A stretch of DNA of 62,792 bases, filler included, from Craspedostauros australis (GCA_030167865.1; 6 parts of 6 records of this genome joined end to end with filler, not necessarily neighbours in it), one strand, 5' to 3'; positions 37,196 through 49,859 are shown, numbered from the whole stretch's first letter. Made by a program: numbers and translations. Notes: a model not told the origin generated them from the sequence alone.

Positions 37196-38002
37196 ATGTC
37201 AGGACGTCTCATCACCCTGCCCAAGAAATCCTACTGCCCATGGAAACCGGAGAATGTGGAGAGAGTGTTGCGAGACGAGCGACGGCATGCCGAAGAGCAG
37301 GCGGCCATCCAGCAGCTGGAGAAGGAGAAGGCACAGCAACGCCGCATGGTTGCGTTGAAGCAGAAGTCATCAGGCAACGGTGACGGGGATCCCGATGCCT
37401 TTGATGGTGCAGCTCCAACGCAGCATGTGAATCTGTTTGCGGAAGAAGAGGCAAAGGCAACGCAGAGGCAGTTGCAGATCGTGTCGCACGGGGTTGGTGC
37501 CGGTGCGACGAGCAGAGATGCCAACAGCGGCAGCAAGCATGGTGGCGAAGATGATGGGATGAGCAAGCAAAGAGGCGTATTACCTGTCTACTTGGGCCAA
37601 TCCGCAAAATCGCAGCGTGACTTTTCGAAAGCCAAGCATGATGATACCAGCGGCTCATGCAACTTGGAGAAGAGAGAAGTTCTGCGCAAGTCTCGGATGG
37701 ATCCGATGCAGGGATATTGCGAGACAGAAGAGGACCAACGATTGCAAGAGCAGCTTGATGCCATACATCGCCAGTACACGCCGAGCAAGCGGTCCAAGAA
37801 AGACAAGAAGAAAAGGAAGCGGAGAGATCGACGTCGAGGATCTTCTCACAAAGACAACAATGGTATCGATGGTGACGATGATTCATCTCAGTCGTCGTCA
37901 TCATCAGCATCTTCGGTTGCATCCAGAAGAAGATCACGGAGTCGCAAACGAAAATCAAAGAGATCACGCCGACACAGGAGACCGTCCTCGAAATCGAGAT
38001 GA
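37196..38002 (+). CDS. Cir_N-domain (CBF1-interacting corepressor N-terminal / LENG1-CWC25-like) splicing-associated protein
   Basis: MSGRLITLPKKSYCPWKPENVERVLRDE, HVNLF, KSRMDPM and a K/R/S-rich C-terminus. Confidence 0.8.
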   Translation: MSGRLITLPKKSYCPWKPENVERVLRDERRHAEEQAAIQQLEKEKAQQRRMVALKQKSSGNGDGDPDAFDGAAPTQHVNLFAEEEAKATQRQLQIVSHGVGAGATSRDANSGSKHGGEDDGMSKQRGVLPVYLGQSAKSQRDFSKAKHDDTSGSCNLEKREVLRKSRMDPMQGYCETEEDQRLQEQLDAIHRQYTPSKRSKKDKKKRKRRDRRRGSSHKDNNGIDGDDDSSQSSSSSASSVASRRRSRSRKRKSKRSRRHRRPSSKSR

Positions 38003-38162
38003 CACGGATAGAACGATCTGGATTGAGGTAGAGTGGAGTGCATGGGTACCAAACTACTGCAAAGTAAATCGCAATGGCTGTGGTACTCTCTCTGTCTCTC
38101 CCCAGAGAGAGAGAGAGAGGATTACCATACGTATCATTATACTACGTCGGGCCTCCGCATCA

Positions 38163-39854
38163 TCAATTCGTATCCAACACATTGCTGAAGATATCGTCGG
38201 CAGTGAACAGTCCCGTGGGTTTTGTGAATGCCAACGCCGTCTTGGCGCGCTTCTTCTTTTCGTAATCAAATAGACTCTTGTAGGAATGATCGATGAAGTC
38301 CTCCATCATGTGCAATGGCATCTTGCTTTCCTCCACGGAGCCCAGACCTTTGGCCAAAGTTTGGATGGCCGGTATGTAATGCTTCTCCAGCACGCACAGC
38401 TCCCATAAGCAGCTTCGCAGGGCGTTGCACTTGACAGGATCGTCTTCCCCGGCATTGAACTCATCGTTGACCTCGTCGCCGCCCTGCCGGTTGATGAGGC
38501 ATGCGCATTCGGGGTGCAGTCGGATCAGGTTGGAAACGAGTCCCAAGCAAAACAGAATCGCGGATGGCGGTGCGTTCAACGCGCAACGGCAGATACGCTT
38601 GCAAAATGCAGCAATGATGTGCGCCGGCAGCATCTGATTGCGGGCCAGGCACTTCGTCAGGAATTCGAAGAACCGGACGCGGTACTTTGCGTACATGACG
38701 CGCGGCGTCACCAACTGGTACAGCTGCTTGTAGAAGTCGGCGAATTCCAATCCCTGCTGCGTGATGAGGAAGAAGATTCCCTCCAGGGACAGCACCCCGA
38801 TGACGCCGGTGTCGTGATCGGCGTACGCATTGATGAAAAAGTCGGAAAACTTGAGCGGCTCCGGCACGTTGGGGAGGACCTCCGTCGGCAGGAATTGCAA
38901 GATGGTCTTGAGGTCGGTGCTGCGGAATGGCAATTTCATGATCGCCAACCATGCCTTTTGGTATTCGGCTTGGAAGGAACCGAGCTGCTCGAAGGAGAAT
39001 CTCTTTTTGGAGCCGTTCCCGCTCTGGAGTTTCCGTTTCTTATTCGGACGCTTGTTGGAAGAAGAGGACTTGCGACGGACATTGGATGCGCCGTTGTCGT
39101 TGTCATCACTATCATACTCATCATCGGTGTTCTTTCCTGTGTAATCGTCTTCGTCATCATCGTCGCTGTGGGCGGCAGATGATCTGGAAGGCGGTGCCTG
39201 CTGAGATGGAGGGAACATGTGCTGCGAATTCTTCAGGTCATCCTTGGTTTTCGGCAGCGGGATCATCATCAGAAGCTGCAGCATCTTTGACGATACTTCC
39301 TCCAAGTCGTCAACCTCATCATCGTCTGCCTTGTGCAACGAGGACGCCAGCTCCGCCAGCGCGCCCAGGACGTAATACTGAACGTCCCTGTACGGTCTCA
39401 AGAATTCCCCGTCCAGCATGTTGCGCAGGGACTTGTCCAATTCGCCGTCCATCATCACGATCGCATGGACGCAGCGTTTCAGAAGCTCGTCGTTGATGTA
39501 ATGGTGCTTTCCGTTGTTGCTGTGCATGGGTGACGATGCGATGACACCGTACATGCAGCGCAGTGCTGTTCGTTTGCGATTCCCAATGCGCTCGCACAGC
39601 TGCGACACCATCGTCTTGTGGCTCTTCTTCAGGTATGAGCGCCACTTCGCAGCGACCACGGTCCTTCCCGTCTGCTCCACTCCAAACTCGAGCTCACCGT
39701 CCGCCACGAGCTGCGCGAACAGCTGCCGCAGATCATCCAGACGGATGGCATCCGCACGCTCCTCGCGAGCTGGCTTCAGCAGACGTTTGATCTTCTTGGC
39801 CGTGTCTGCCGCCGACGGCGTCTCCGCCGTGGAGTTGGCTTTGTTGATCAGCAT
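38163..39854 (-). CDS. NOC4: Nucleolar complex protein 4 homolog (CBF/Mak21 family)
   Basis: YRDVQYY, YQKAWLAIMKLP, PLKFSDFFINAY, SLEGIFFLI, FYKQLYQL, LPAHIIAAFCKR, ALRSCLWEL and HYIPAI. Confidence 0.9.
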   Translation of the reverse strand: MLINKANSTAETPSAADTAKKIKRLLKPAREERADAIRLDDLRQLFAQLVADGELEFGVEQTGRTVVAAKWRSYLKKSHKTMVSQLCERIGNRKRTALRCMYGVIASSPMHSNNGKHHYINDELLKRCVHAIVMMDGELDKSLRNMLDGEFLRPYRDVQYYVLGALAELASSLHKADDDEVDDLEEVSSKMLQLLMMIPLPKTKDDLKNSQHMFPPSQQAPPSRSSAAHSDDDDEDDYTGKNTDDEYDSDDNDNGASNVRRKSSSSNKRPNKKRKLQSGNGSKKRFSFEQLGSFQAEYQKAWLAIMKLPFRSTDLKTILQFLPTEVLPNVPEPLKFSDFFINAYADHDTGVIGVLSLEGIFFLITQQGLEFADFYKQLYQLVTPRVMYAKYRVRFFEFLTKCLARNQMLPAHIIAAFCKRICRCALNAPPSAILFCLGLVSNLIRLHPECACLINRQGGDEVNDEFNAGEDDPVKCNALRSCLWELCVLEKHYIPAIQTLAKGLGSVEESKMPLHMMEDFIDHSYKSLFDYEKKKRAKTALAFTKPTGLFTADDIFSNVLDTN

Positions 39855-40520
39855 TCTTCACGGTGCTATCCACGGTAATCTTCACAACGAGCAACCAGTC
39901 GGGCTTGTGAATGGATTGCTTCGTGCCTGCATGCGTCGGAAGCGGAATGGCCAGTGGTTGTGGTTGTGGGTTGATGTTCGAGTGTGGTTACCGTCAACGA
40001 CAAGCGTTGTCAAAAGAAGATGAAGCAACAATTGTGGCGGGGTTTGGTTGGTCACCCATCAGTCATGAATCATTGTGAAACCCTATTCGACTCATAAGAG
40101 TAAGCGTTTGTGCACGTTTCAACTTCTTCAAATACTGATTGTTACAAGTAATGTGCCGCAACTACCTAACTACTCTCGTTGCCGAGTTCGTCGTCATTTG
40201 ATCTTGTGCGGATCGGTGCAGATCTCCTCTTCACTGTCTGACTCTGGAGGGTGCTGAGTCTTTGCCAACCAACACAGCTGATGCGACCAATGCACCCCCA
40301 TCAACCTTTGTCAACGAGGAGCTGGAAATCTGACCTAAAATGGTAAAATCTATTGTGTGTATATAATATGAAATGAAGGTTGGTCCTTGCCATTGCCCTT
40401 CTCTATTTCTTTTTCTGGGTGCCATGTGGGTGCGCGGCTTGGTTGTACATACAGTATCGCAGGCTGTGTATGGGGCATGCCTGTGTGCTCGTAGTGTAAC
40501 AATTGCAAGTTGGTTGCTGA

Positions 40521-42921
40521 TCAGACTGCTGCGATAGTCTTTGGCTCAATCGAGCTATCCGTGTCGCTGGCTGAGGCTGGTGCGATGACGGGCGATGGGT
40601 TCACAGCCTCGAGGAGGTTGCGGAGATGGTGGTACGCATCCATGTCAGGCGTTATCGATCTCTCCAACACCAACAGGGTGGATGATGCGTGGCTCTTGGG
40701 GTCCTCGGACGGGGCGCCGTTCTCTTCCTCCTGCAGGAGCTGGTTCTTGAGGGCCATGACCAGGCACGGGCGTTCCACCATGAGCTCGGCAGTGTCCTGG
40801 ATGGCGAGGTTGTGGATGCTGGCGAATGCGAGGTCCTTCACGTTGCCGTCGTCGTCGTTTAGCGCGGCATCGGTGAGGACCCCCAGAATCCTGCCGAGGT
40901 CAAAACGGCACAGCAGGATCTTGGTTCGTCTTGGGGCCGCGGCGAGGTTGCGGATGGCGCCAACGGCATGGCGCCGCGTCTGCAGGACTATGGCCTGGAT
41001 GGTTCTGCTCTTGCCGAACGGTTGCTGGCGCTGCACAGCGAACTTCGCGAGCTCGTGCAGCAGCGCCGTGTTCGATGAGAGAGGCGTCTTGTTCTCGGGA
41101 AGCCACGAGAGGTTGAGGATGGCGCGGGATGCTATCGACCTTGAGCGCAGCACTTCCATCGTCGTTTGCAATGATTCGTTCGCTTCCATCGGTCTGCTCA
41201 GCAGAGCGACGAGCGAGTTCACCAAGTTCGGCGTGCACAGCATCATCTGCATGTTCTCCGTGTTGCAGGCGAGGTTGGCGATGACCCACAGGCACGACAG
41301 GCGCGCCTGCCACGGCACTGCTTCGTACGGTCGGATGTTGATGAGATTCAGCATGCTTCCCAGCAGTCCCGGAAAGTGAGCCAAGGATCTGGTTGCTTCT
41401 CCGACCCTGGCGAAGTGCCCGATGATCTTGGTCACCTTCTCGAGCATCTGATCACGATCGTAGCTGCCCAAGCCCAGCGAGCACTTCCTCGCTGGAGGCG
41501 GAGTCACTGATCTTGAATTGTCCACCGCAGCTACGCCTGCGGCAACGTAGTCGGCGTTGCGTTCGTTGTCTTGTTGGTAGGAAGTGCCGCGTGTCGGGAG
41601 TCTATGGTTGTCGCTCAAGAGCAACGGGTCGACCATGGCATCAGCAGCAGCTTCGGGGGTCATGTCCGGCGACAGAGCCTGCGTCCGGCTCGTGACTTCC
41701 TCCTCGATGAGCGTGACGCAGAGTTGGAGCAGCGATGTGCCGACCCTGTGGTAGACCTTGGAGATTTGATGCTGCGATGCTCGGAAGACGCATTCCAGCG
41801 CTTCGCATACGAGGTGTATCTCATGATCCAGCGCGGCAGCATTGACACGGAATTGGGCGCTGCGGAACTGTCGCTGGAAGTTAAGGTAGACGAGATGCTT
41901 CGTCAGCGCAACGTCAACACCTGCGACGATCTCTTGGTCGTGAAGGCTCTGGATGTCATGGTCGAAGGCTGATACAGCTTGCTGCATGGCATCCAACCTC
42001 TCCTCCTCGGAGAGACTTGAATTGATGGCTGTGGATGACAGCGGTGGGATGGTCGTGCCATGGAGTAGTTGCAACATGTTCGTCAGTGCACGAGTGCGTT
42101 GGCGTCCGGGTGCGTTGGTGCCCGAGTGCGTTGGTATGGAGAAGGAAAGTCGATCACACAGAGCACGAGAATTGCGAGGATGGATGGAGGGGTGAGAGCC
42201 TTGCCGTAATGGTACGAACATCACGATGACTGGTTTCGGAGTCACGACTGCTGAACGCAGAATAATATCGCCGCTGTCACCATGGCATGATGATCATTTC
42301 AACATCATTGTCGATCCGTGCGCAGAAGGCAATCATCGTAATGCAAATGGATGGCGCGGCTTTCTCGTACATACCTTTGATGACTTCGCCTGCGGAGGTG
42401 GTCGATTGGATTCTCGGTCGCTTCTGAGACGGGTTCGGGATATCTGTTGAGGGCGGCATCTGTATGGCCACCGTCTTCTTCTCGCCCGTGGAAGAGTTGC
42501 TCTTGGATCGCAGCAAGCAGGAGCTGTTGCGCTTGAACTTGCGGAATGCTCCAATGATGATGTTTTCGTTGTCGTTGTCGTTGCTACTGTCGTTGTTGTT
42601 GTTGCCGATGCTGTAGTTGCTGCTGCTGTTCCCGTAGATTTCGTCACTGCCAATGCCACTGTCATCGTGGCTGGTGGAGTATTCGTTGGTTGTGTTGTCA
42701 GCACTGTTTGTGGAGTGAGTCATCGTTCTGTTGCCATCGTGGGCGCTCACATCACGGTTTCCGTTGATGTTGCCACTGTGATTGTCATTGCCATTGACAG
42801 CATTGGCCATCCCAGCCTCCTGCTCCTCACCCCAGGCCTGGAGGTTCTGATGAGATGACTTGTACTCATCTTCGAGCATTGCTTCCGCCATGTTTGCGTG
42901 ATCTTTGGAGATGATTTCCAT
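40521..42921 (-). CDS. Armadillo-repeat protein with 2 exons (42921-42375, 42028-40521)
   Basis: ARM-like motifs (LWVIANLAC, RAILNLSW, GAIRNLAA, ASIHNLAI). Donor AAAG/GTATGT at 42374 and acceptor CACAG/CC at 42029 join the two ORFs in phase (IK-A-INSSL). Confidence 0.78.
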
Positions 42922-43698
42922 GCGACTTATTTTGTGGGATATCTGCTGCGACTGGCCTTGTTGTTGCCTCGTCCTTGGCTCTCTTGGTGATGTGCGTTGT
43001 GATATGCCGTCTTTGTCGATTCTTTGTCCAGCGTGTGTGTTTGTATGTGGTTTGCGTGAGTGCGAATGAGTGTGTCTGATCGAGAGACGGTGAGAGATGG
43101 GAAGAAAGGGAGGGCCACTCTTGGGATGGGTAAGTTCGTGTTTGCGCGTCTCTCTGCGTCGAGGCTGGACCTTGGTTGATTTGGGCCCCTCGGTTGGCTG
43201 GAGTTGTGGCTTCTGGTCTGCTCTTGCGTGCGATGATGGCACAGCTCGCGGAAATGGAGGTTTGGGAATGGTCTCTGTGTCCTTGTGGCTTGCGGTGTTC
43301 CTGTGAGTGATTGTGTGTGGTTGGTCTGTTGGCCTTTTCTGCCAAGCTTTTCGGTGTAGGAATGAATCTTGCCTCTCTTGTGTGTGGTGCTTGTGTCTTC
43401 TTTGTGGCGCGTGCTGCTTCGTGGCTGTATCGTGCTTTGAATTTTGTGAGGAATCAACTGCCTCTCAGCCTCTGTCGCAGCTGCGTGGTTTGGGTTCTCG
43501 AGTCATCCTTCGTTTCTTCGGTTGTGTCACTTGACGAGGCAGCAAACGCGTTTGGTTCGTGGCCCTGTTCCTGTCGTGTCGACGGAACGTTGCCATCACC
43601 TTCCGTGTGTGTTCTCTTCCTGTCATCATCTCTCTCCCTCTTGCCAACACTCGCCATCTGTACACGATCTCGTACCCGTTTCTCACTCGCGGGAAGGC

Positions 43699-43699
43699 T

Positions 43700-43724
<25 letters not shown>
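43699..43724. repeat. (CT)n microsatellite
   Basis: Read directly from the sequence. Confidence 0.9.
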
Positions 43725-43730
<6 letters not shown>

Positions 43731-45724
43731 CGCCGACCACCCCCTGTTCTGGATCCGTGTTGTGCGCGCTGTTGCGTTCGAGTGTTTTGACATTCGGCAC
43801 AACAGGTGTCAAGGTTTCGTATCGTTCCATAAATGCAGCCTTCTCCTTTTACCCAATCACATCGATGCATCGATCGTGTTTCTTCGCACACACAATTGAC
43901 GCTTTGGGGTACGTCACACAATCGGCTTCGCTTGTTTCCGCTGGACCTTTGATGTTGTTGGCACCATCCTTCTCGTTTCTGCCCTCTCTGTGCACCTTTG
44001 TTTGTTTGTTGGTTTGCGGCGCTGATGATTGGTTGCTGGTCGATGGTGGAGACGCGCGCCGATGAATCGATGAGGCTGATGACCTCCTGGCAGGGCTGTG
44101 TTGGGCACATGGCTACGCAATTGCATCCTTTCTGCTGATCGGGGTCATTCGGCGTTCCCTTCCCTTGGGTGGCTGTCCTCTCTTGTGACGATCGGATGGA
44201 GGACTTCATTTGCCGAACTGCGCACCAAGCTCCTTCGACTTTGAGGGAAGTAGGTCACAGCATCAGCAAGAACTCTCATCTTTTCGTACGGCCCCATCAC
44301 CATCGTCGTCGTCGTCGTCGTCGTCGTCATCGTCGTCGCAGCCTCCCTCCATTGGACATCACCAATGAAGAGGCACCGAACCGGAGAAGAGAAACTGAAC
44401 CCGATCAGAGAAGGCCATCAGCACGTGTTCTCCACCAGCGGGTTGGCAACGGCCCCACGCTCGTCCTCGAATGAGCTCCATCCGCGAAATCAATAGCATT
44501 CACACGTTGGTGTGTGTAACAACACAAACAAGAGCATGTATGCAACAGAGCAGTTTGCGCCATGTGCGTTGTCAATGGCCGCCGCGGCAGGAATAGATGC
44601 GTGCATCACCTTTGTTTGTCCTATTCAGTTCGCTGCCACTGCGCTTTGCTTTGTCTCACATGCTGGTCTTGTTTTGTTTTGGTGTCGCTCACTTCACGTC
44701 GTCCTGCGCACAAACACGCACAAGCCTTGTGGATCTATTTATTAAAATAATAATAGATTCGACAGTTTGCATGAGAAATGCAGATGGAGAAGCAACCTCT
44801 TTACTCGAAGAGAGCGCTGTGGAAGAGAGTAGCGGAGAGGAGATGAGACTCTAGAATAGAGTAGGCACTCCACTCCATTTTCCCGAAAGTTGGGTCGCTC
44901 GATGATCAGAGCACATGGACTGAATCGATGACCAAAGCTACTCCCGCTCTCTTGGGAGAGGTGGTCGACTGGAGTAGGCTACCCGTAACGCATGGCACTC
45001 TTGATGAACTGAAGTAGAATACTCTCTACGACTACTCTTCTCTGCTTTGGGCCACCGTCGCCCTCTTCGGACACTGCATTACCGAGATATATCGTCAGTG
45101 ATTGATAGACAGATAGAGAGACAGATACAAACGTCGAGACACACAGCAGACAGCCGTACACTTTGTATCCAGTGCATCCAATCGCACTCTCCCGAAGTAA
45201 CCGCAGAGTTGGTACTCATGCACTACCACTCTCCAGAGTATTGCGACCTAGTACAAGTATATTCTCCCATAGAGTGCACGGATACGAACACAAGTCTTCG
45301 AGAACTATGGTCACAAAGATCTCCCCGTCGAACTCTCGCCCATTCTATTTCTGCTCATGTTCCATCTTCCACGCATGCGCATTTGACTTCGATGCGGTGA
45401 GATGAGCTAGAGATGGCTTTCAGCACAACTGCTGATACTGCAAGGAACCTCTGTTCACTCGGAGATCCTTCTCCGGAGCACAGCTACATGCACGAAGAGC
45501 ACGGTCGCTAGTGGGAACACAAGCCGTCTTGGTCATGGGGATGGTGCGGCAGACCGTTGCGAGGATTGGAGGGGTAATACACAGAGAGGTTGGACGTTTC
45601 GAGGATTATTTGAAGATCATCAAGCCAAACTACTCATTGACTCTTGCATTCATGTGCATAGGAATGCAAGTATTCATGCATGCATGCATTCATGCATTCT
45701 ATCATATTCCATCTATTTTCATAA

Positions 45725-48298
45725 TTAGAACTGTAGCTTCACGATACCGCGCAGCAGCTTCTTCACCGTTGTTGTGAGTCGAGCCTTGTTGTAGACATCT
45801 CCCGACTGCCGCAGGACTTCTGCCGTCGTCGGATAAGGATGGATGACGGCGGATAACGCGGTGATACTTGTGCCAGATTGAATGGCCAGCGTGACTTCGG
45901 AGATCATGTTGCCGGCACCTTCTCCCACAACGGAGGCGCCAAGGATCATGCCCTTGCTGTCGACTCGGAACCGAACAAATCCTGCCGTCTTGTCATCCAG
46001 AATGGCCCGATCGTTGTCCTTGAAGTGCTTCTCAATGACGGTGTACGGGATCTCACGCTCATCCAGATCCTTGCCGTACAGCCCGATGCTCGCGATCTCG
46101 GGGCTTGTGAATGTGGCGTACGGAATCAGCAGCTTGGACATCTTCTCCTTGCCGAAGAACAGGGAGTTGCGGATGACGGCGCGGGCCATGAAGTCGGCAG
46201 CGTGGGTGAACTTGAAGTCGGAACAGCAGTCTCCGACTCCGTACACGCGACCGTTGCTTGTCTGTAGCTTGTCGTTGACAAGGATGCCCTTCTTGTTGTC
46301 GTACTTCACCTTTCCAAGTTCCAAGTCCATACCCGTGACATTTGGACGACGTCCGGCAGCGACCAGCAATGCATCGAAGACCAACTCGGTCGTGCCTGCT
46401 GACGCCCCCTTCTCCAGCAACGTCATTTTCATCTCGGGGTATCCATTGTCCAGGACCTTGCCAGTCAATGCCACCTCCTTGTACTCCTTGACATTGAGGA
46501 GGAATTGGACGCCATCCTTGACCATTTGTTGCTTGACGACCTCTGCCATGTCCTCGTCTTCCTTTGGCAGCACCTTGCCGGATCGACCCAGCACGGTCAC
46601 CGAAGTTCCCAACCGCTGCATGGCTTGCGCCAGTTCCATTCCGATCACGCCGGCACCAATGACGACCATGTTCTTCGGTTGCTTCGTCATGTTGAAGACG
46701 GTTTCGTTGGTCATGACGATGGGACGCGACACGGGGCCATCGGCAGACGGTGGTGTGTTGGCCTTTTCGTAAAGCTCCTTGAGTCCCGGCATTGGAATGA
46801 GCGTCGGGTATCCGCCGGTCGCAATCGCGGCACGCTTGAATTGCAGAGTGCGACCGTTGACTTCGATGGTGCGTTCGGAGGTGAACTTTCCACGCCCAAT
46901 GAAGATCTCGACACCGAGCTCCTTGGAGTACCGTTCTGCGGAATCGTGGTGACTGATGTCGCTGCGCACCTCGCGTATGCGTTCCATGACGCGTTCAAAA
47001 TCGACACGCACTGCAGATGGGTCCACGAAGATGCCTGCGTTGTTCAGATGGTCCATGTCGCCGCGGATGGTGTGCGCGAGGTTCGCTGAATGGATGATAG
47101 CCTTCGATGGCACGCAACCAACATTGAGACTGTGATGTTGCAGTGTGCAATTTGCAATGCATTGGGTATGGAATCGTGCATTGCGATTGTGCATATGATT
47201 GAACATGTGATTGTGTATGGATTCAGGGAAGGAACGTCAGCAGTGAGGACGGTAACGACGGCAACCATGAGAATGACGACACTTCCAATCATCAAGTCCA
47301 AATGTGGCACAGAGTAATGCGGCACATTCATGCGGCACATTCATGCGATAAATCACAATCTTCGATCGATTGTGGTTGTACCCCTGAACACATAATTCAC
47401 ACGTACCAATCACCACCCAACATGTGTTCCTCAATCATTGCGACGCGTGCGCCGACACCTGCCGATCCACCCGCCGTGATGAGACCGGCCGTACCACCAC
47501 CGATGACGACCAGATCATAGGCATCATCTCCCTTTTCCGAAATAGGATCCTGCCATTCCGGTGGATGGACGTGATTCAACAAAGTGATGTTGTTTTCATC
47601 CAACGGCCAGACCTTGGAGGCCACATGAATGTCGTTGGCACTCAGTGCTTCCACATCGGGCTGTGGCAGCGATGGTTGCAAGGAGGATCCATCCTCACGG
47701 CTATCGCTTTCGTTGTTGGCGGGTGCCAGAAAGTACGACCAGTCGATGGCCTTGCCCGTCTTTTGGTCGATCTTGTAGGTGCCGCGCTCCTTCTCATTGA
47801 GGAAGCGGTAGAAGAGGAATTCGTCCTTGAATTCGTGATCGCGGGTGACGTGTTCGAATCTGTTGTACAATTGCCATGGTGGCAGAGGTGGAGAGCGAGA
47901 GGGGAAGAGGGAGGAAGAGTGGATACATGTGTGTATGAATTGAAGAGAATGTGAGATGGCATGCAGCAAATACGCACAGAGTCATAAATATGGTATAGTA
48001 TGGTATGGTATGGTATGGTATGATGGAATAGAATAGATCGCAACGGCAAGAGAAAGAGAACAAGGAATCGACGCTACACTCAAACGAAGACTCACAGATG
48101 CGTGCCCTGCAGAGCCCTGCCCAGAATGACCGCTTCGTCGCGGTTCGGTGCCTGACCGCTGGTGATCAAGAAGTCCACAGCTTCGGAACCCACGAAGCAA
48201 TCCTTGTACGTCTTGAGACGGTACTTGCGATCCTCCACCTTGATGTTCTGCTTGAATCCTTGGGCGATTTCATTGAGTTCATTGTCAAACGTGGTCAT
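45725..48298 (-). CDS. DEP domain fused to a class I pyridine nucleotide-disulfide oxidoreductase (mercuric-reductase-like); 3 exons (48298-48096, 47859-47407, 47129-45725), 686 aa
   Basis: DEP: DRKYRLKTYKDCFVGSEAVDFL...RDEAVILGRAL...LFEHV..DHEFKDEFLFYRF. Reductase: YDLVVIGGGTAG, GGDCLNVGCVPSK (formed by splicing), IATGG, GAGVIGME, GRRPN, GVGDC and HPYPTTAE. Introns GTGAGT..CAG and GTACGT..CAG keep the frame. Confidence 0.9.
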
Positions 48299-48992
48299 GG
48301 TTGTGCTGTTGGCGATGTGCTTTGGTTGCTTTGGTTGCGTTGCTTTGTTTTGTATTTGATGATGGCTGTTGAGGTATGGTGCTTATGAGGAGAGCTTATG
48401 CGATGGGCGGTTGTCGATGAAGGCGATTGCTACTGTTGCTGTCGTCGTCGGTGATGTGTGGAGGAGGAGTCTTCGCCGATCAGAGGTTTCTCTTGGATGA
48501 TTGCCCAGGCTCAAGAGCAATCCTGTTTGTTTCGTTATCGTCGTTGTTGGCGGGCACACGTGATCGTCCTCTCTGCCTTCTTTGGTTGTGGATGTGGATG
48601 CGGATGCGGGAGTCTCTTGTCCATCCAAGGATGATCGGTGCGCCTGTATCTTTGATGGTGTGTTGTTAACGATGACGACATTCCTGGTCGTTCTTCCCTT
48701 CTCTGTCGGAGAGGGGAAACTGTTGCGTCGCTGCTTCGCATGTCGTGTTGTGTTGGATGACAAGGTCTGTGGTGTCAAGGGTTCTCGTTCTTTGTTTTGT
48801 TTGGCCTGAGCAGTATCTTTCAGTGTTCTGTCCAATTCGGTATCTTTCGCTTCCTGCTCAAGTGGAATTCCATTCGAATCACGGAACAGTCAAAATCCGT
48901 TGAGTCGATCTTGTCGTTCGTGCATAATAGTCGTACCGTGACTGTGGGGGTGCCGACTTTGAGGAGTGGTGGTGTGGAGACATCAAAAGAGG

Positions 48993-49859
48993 ATGATTGG
49001 CGCCATCTGCATCGCGTGCATGATGGTGGCAACGAACTCACTGTCATCGCCATCCCCATCATCTTCACTCCAACGCAGAAGCATCAGCATCAGTAGAAAC
49101 AGCACCAACGGGAGCGGGCGTGAGAGTGAGAATGGAACCACCAACCAATACGGAAGATCGCAGTCATCGATGGTGGCATCGCCGGTCTCTCCTTGGCGCA
49201 TGCCTTCGAGAGCAACAGCAATACCGACAACATCCACACCAACAACAACAACGACAACAACGTCGCTTGGAAGGCATGATCCGAGGCCGAACGCATCCAG
49301 CAACAGATGCGACAACAGATCAATGATGCCAAGATCCCAACACACACCACAAGGCCCATCATCGATCGGCACATCGACAATGCTGATCGTCTCTTCGAGT
49401 TGGGGATCTACTTCCAAAATCCCTTTGCGCGACGGGCCAAGGTGATGGTGGCCACCAGCGGAAATCACAACCGCAATGGAATCACCGGCGCAGGCAAGGC
49501 CGCCATCCTGACTGTCGGTGGTGATGCAGCGCACACCATGCCATCGTTCCTTGGACATGGCACCAATCAGGCCATCCAAGACGCCTTCTTTCTGGTCAAT
49601 GCCATTCAGCAGTACACCATGCAGTACAATGGACAAGCCAATGGTGGGAACAGCCTCCAAGACATCCTGCAGACAGAATACAAGGACAAGCGATGGTCCA
49701 CCATCACGACCACCACAGCCAAGGCTGATTGGTCTGCTGGGATACTTGGAGACCTCATCGAGACCATTGACCAAGTTCTGGGATGAGTTCTTCTTCGTCA
49801 TGGACAAGACGAGCGTTGTGAAGAAGATCTTTCTGGATGCTGCGGCTCCGAGGATATGA
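48993..49859 (+). pseudogene. FAD-dependent monooxygenase (zeaxanthin epoxidase/salicylate hydroxylase-like fold) pseudogene with a large internal deletion
   Basis: RKIAVIDGGIAGLSLAHAF (GxG mutated to DGG), an in-frame TGA near 49278, then GDAAHTMPSFLGHGTNQAIQDA. The central region present in the 52668 copy is missing, and there are frameshifts at both ends. Confidence 0.8.

Noticed and set aside
44850..45300. Short inverted motifs (ctactcc...ggagtag, ctctc-ttgg-gagag) suggesting a MITE or structured RNA
   Set aside because: No matching terminal inverted repeats or TSD found, and the stems are short enough to arise by chance.
45725..47129. Calling the reductase a true merA or lpdA
   Set aside because: It has no C-terminal Cys-Cys or NmerA domain and has HPYPT instead of the LPD HAHPT motif, so no gene symbol was assigned.
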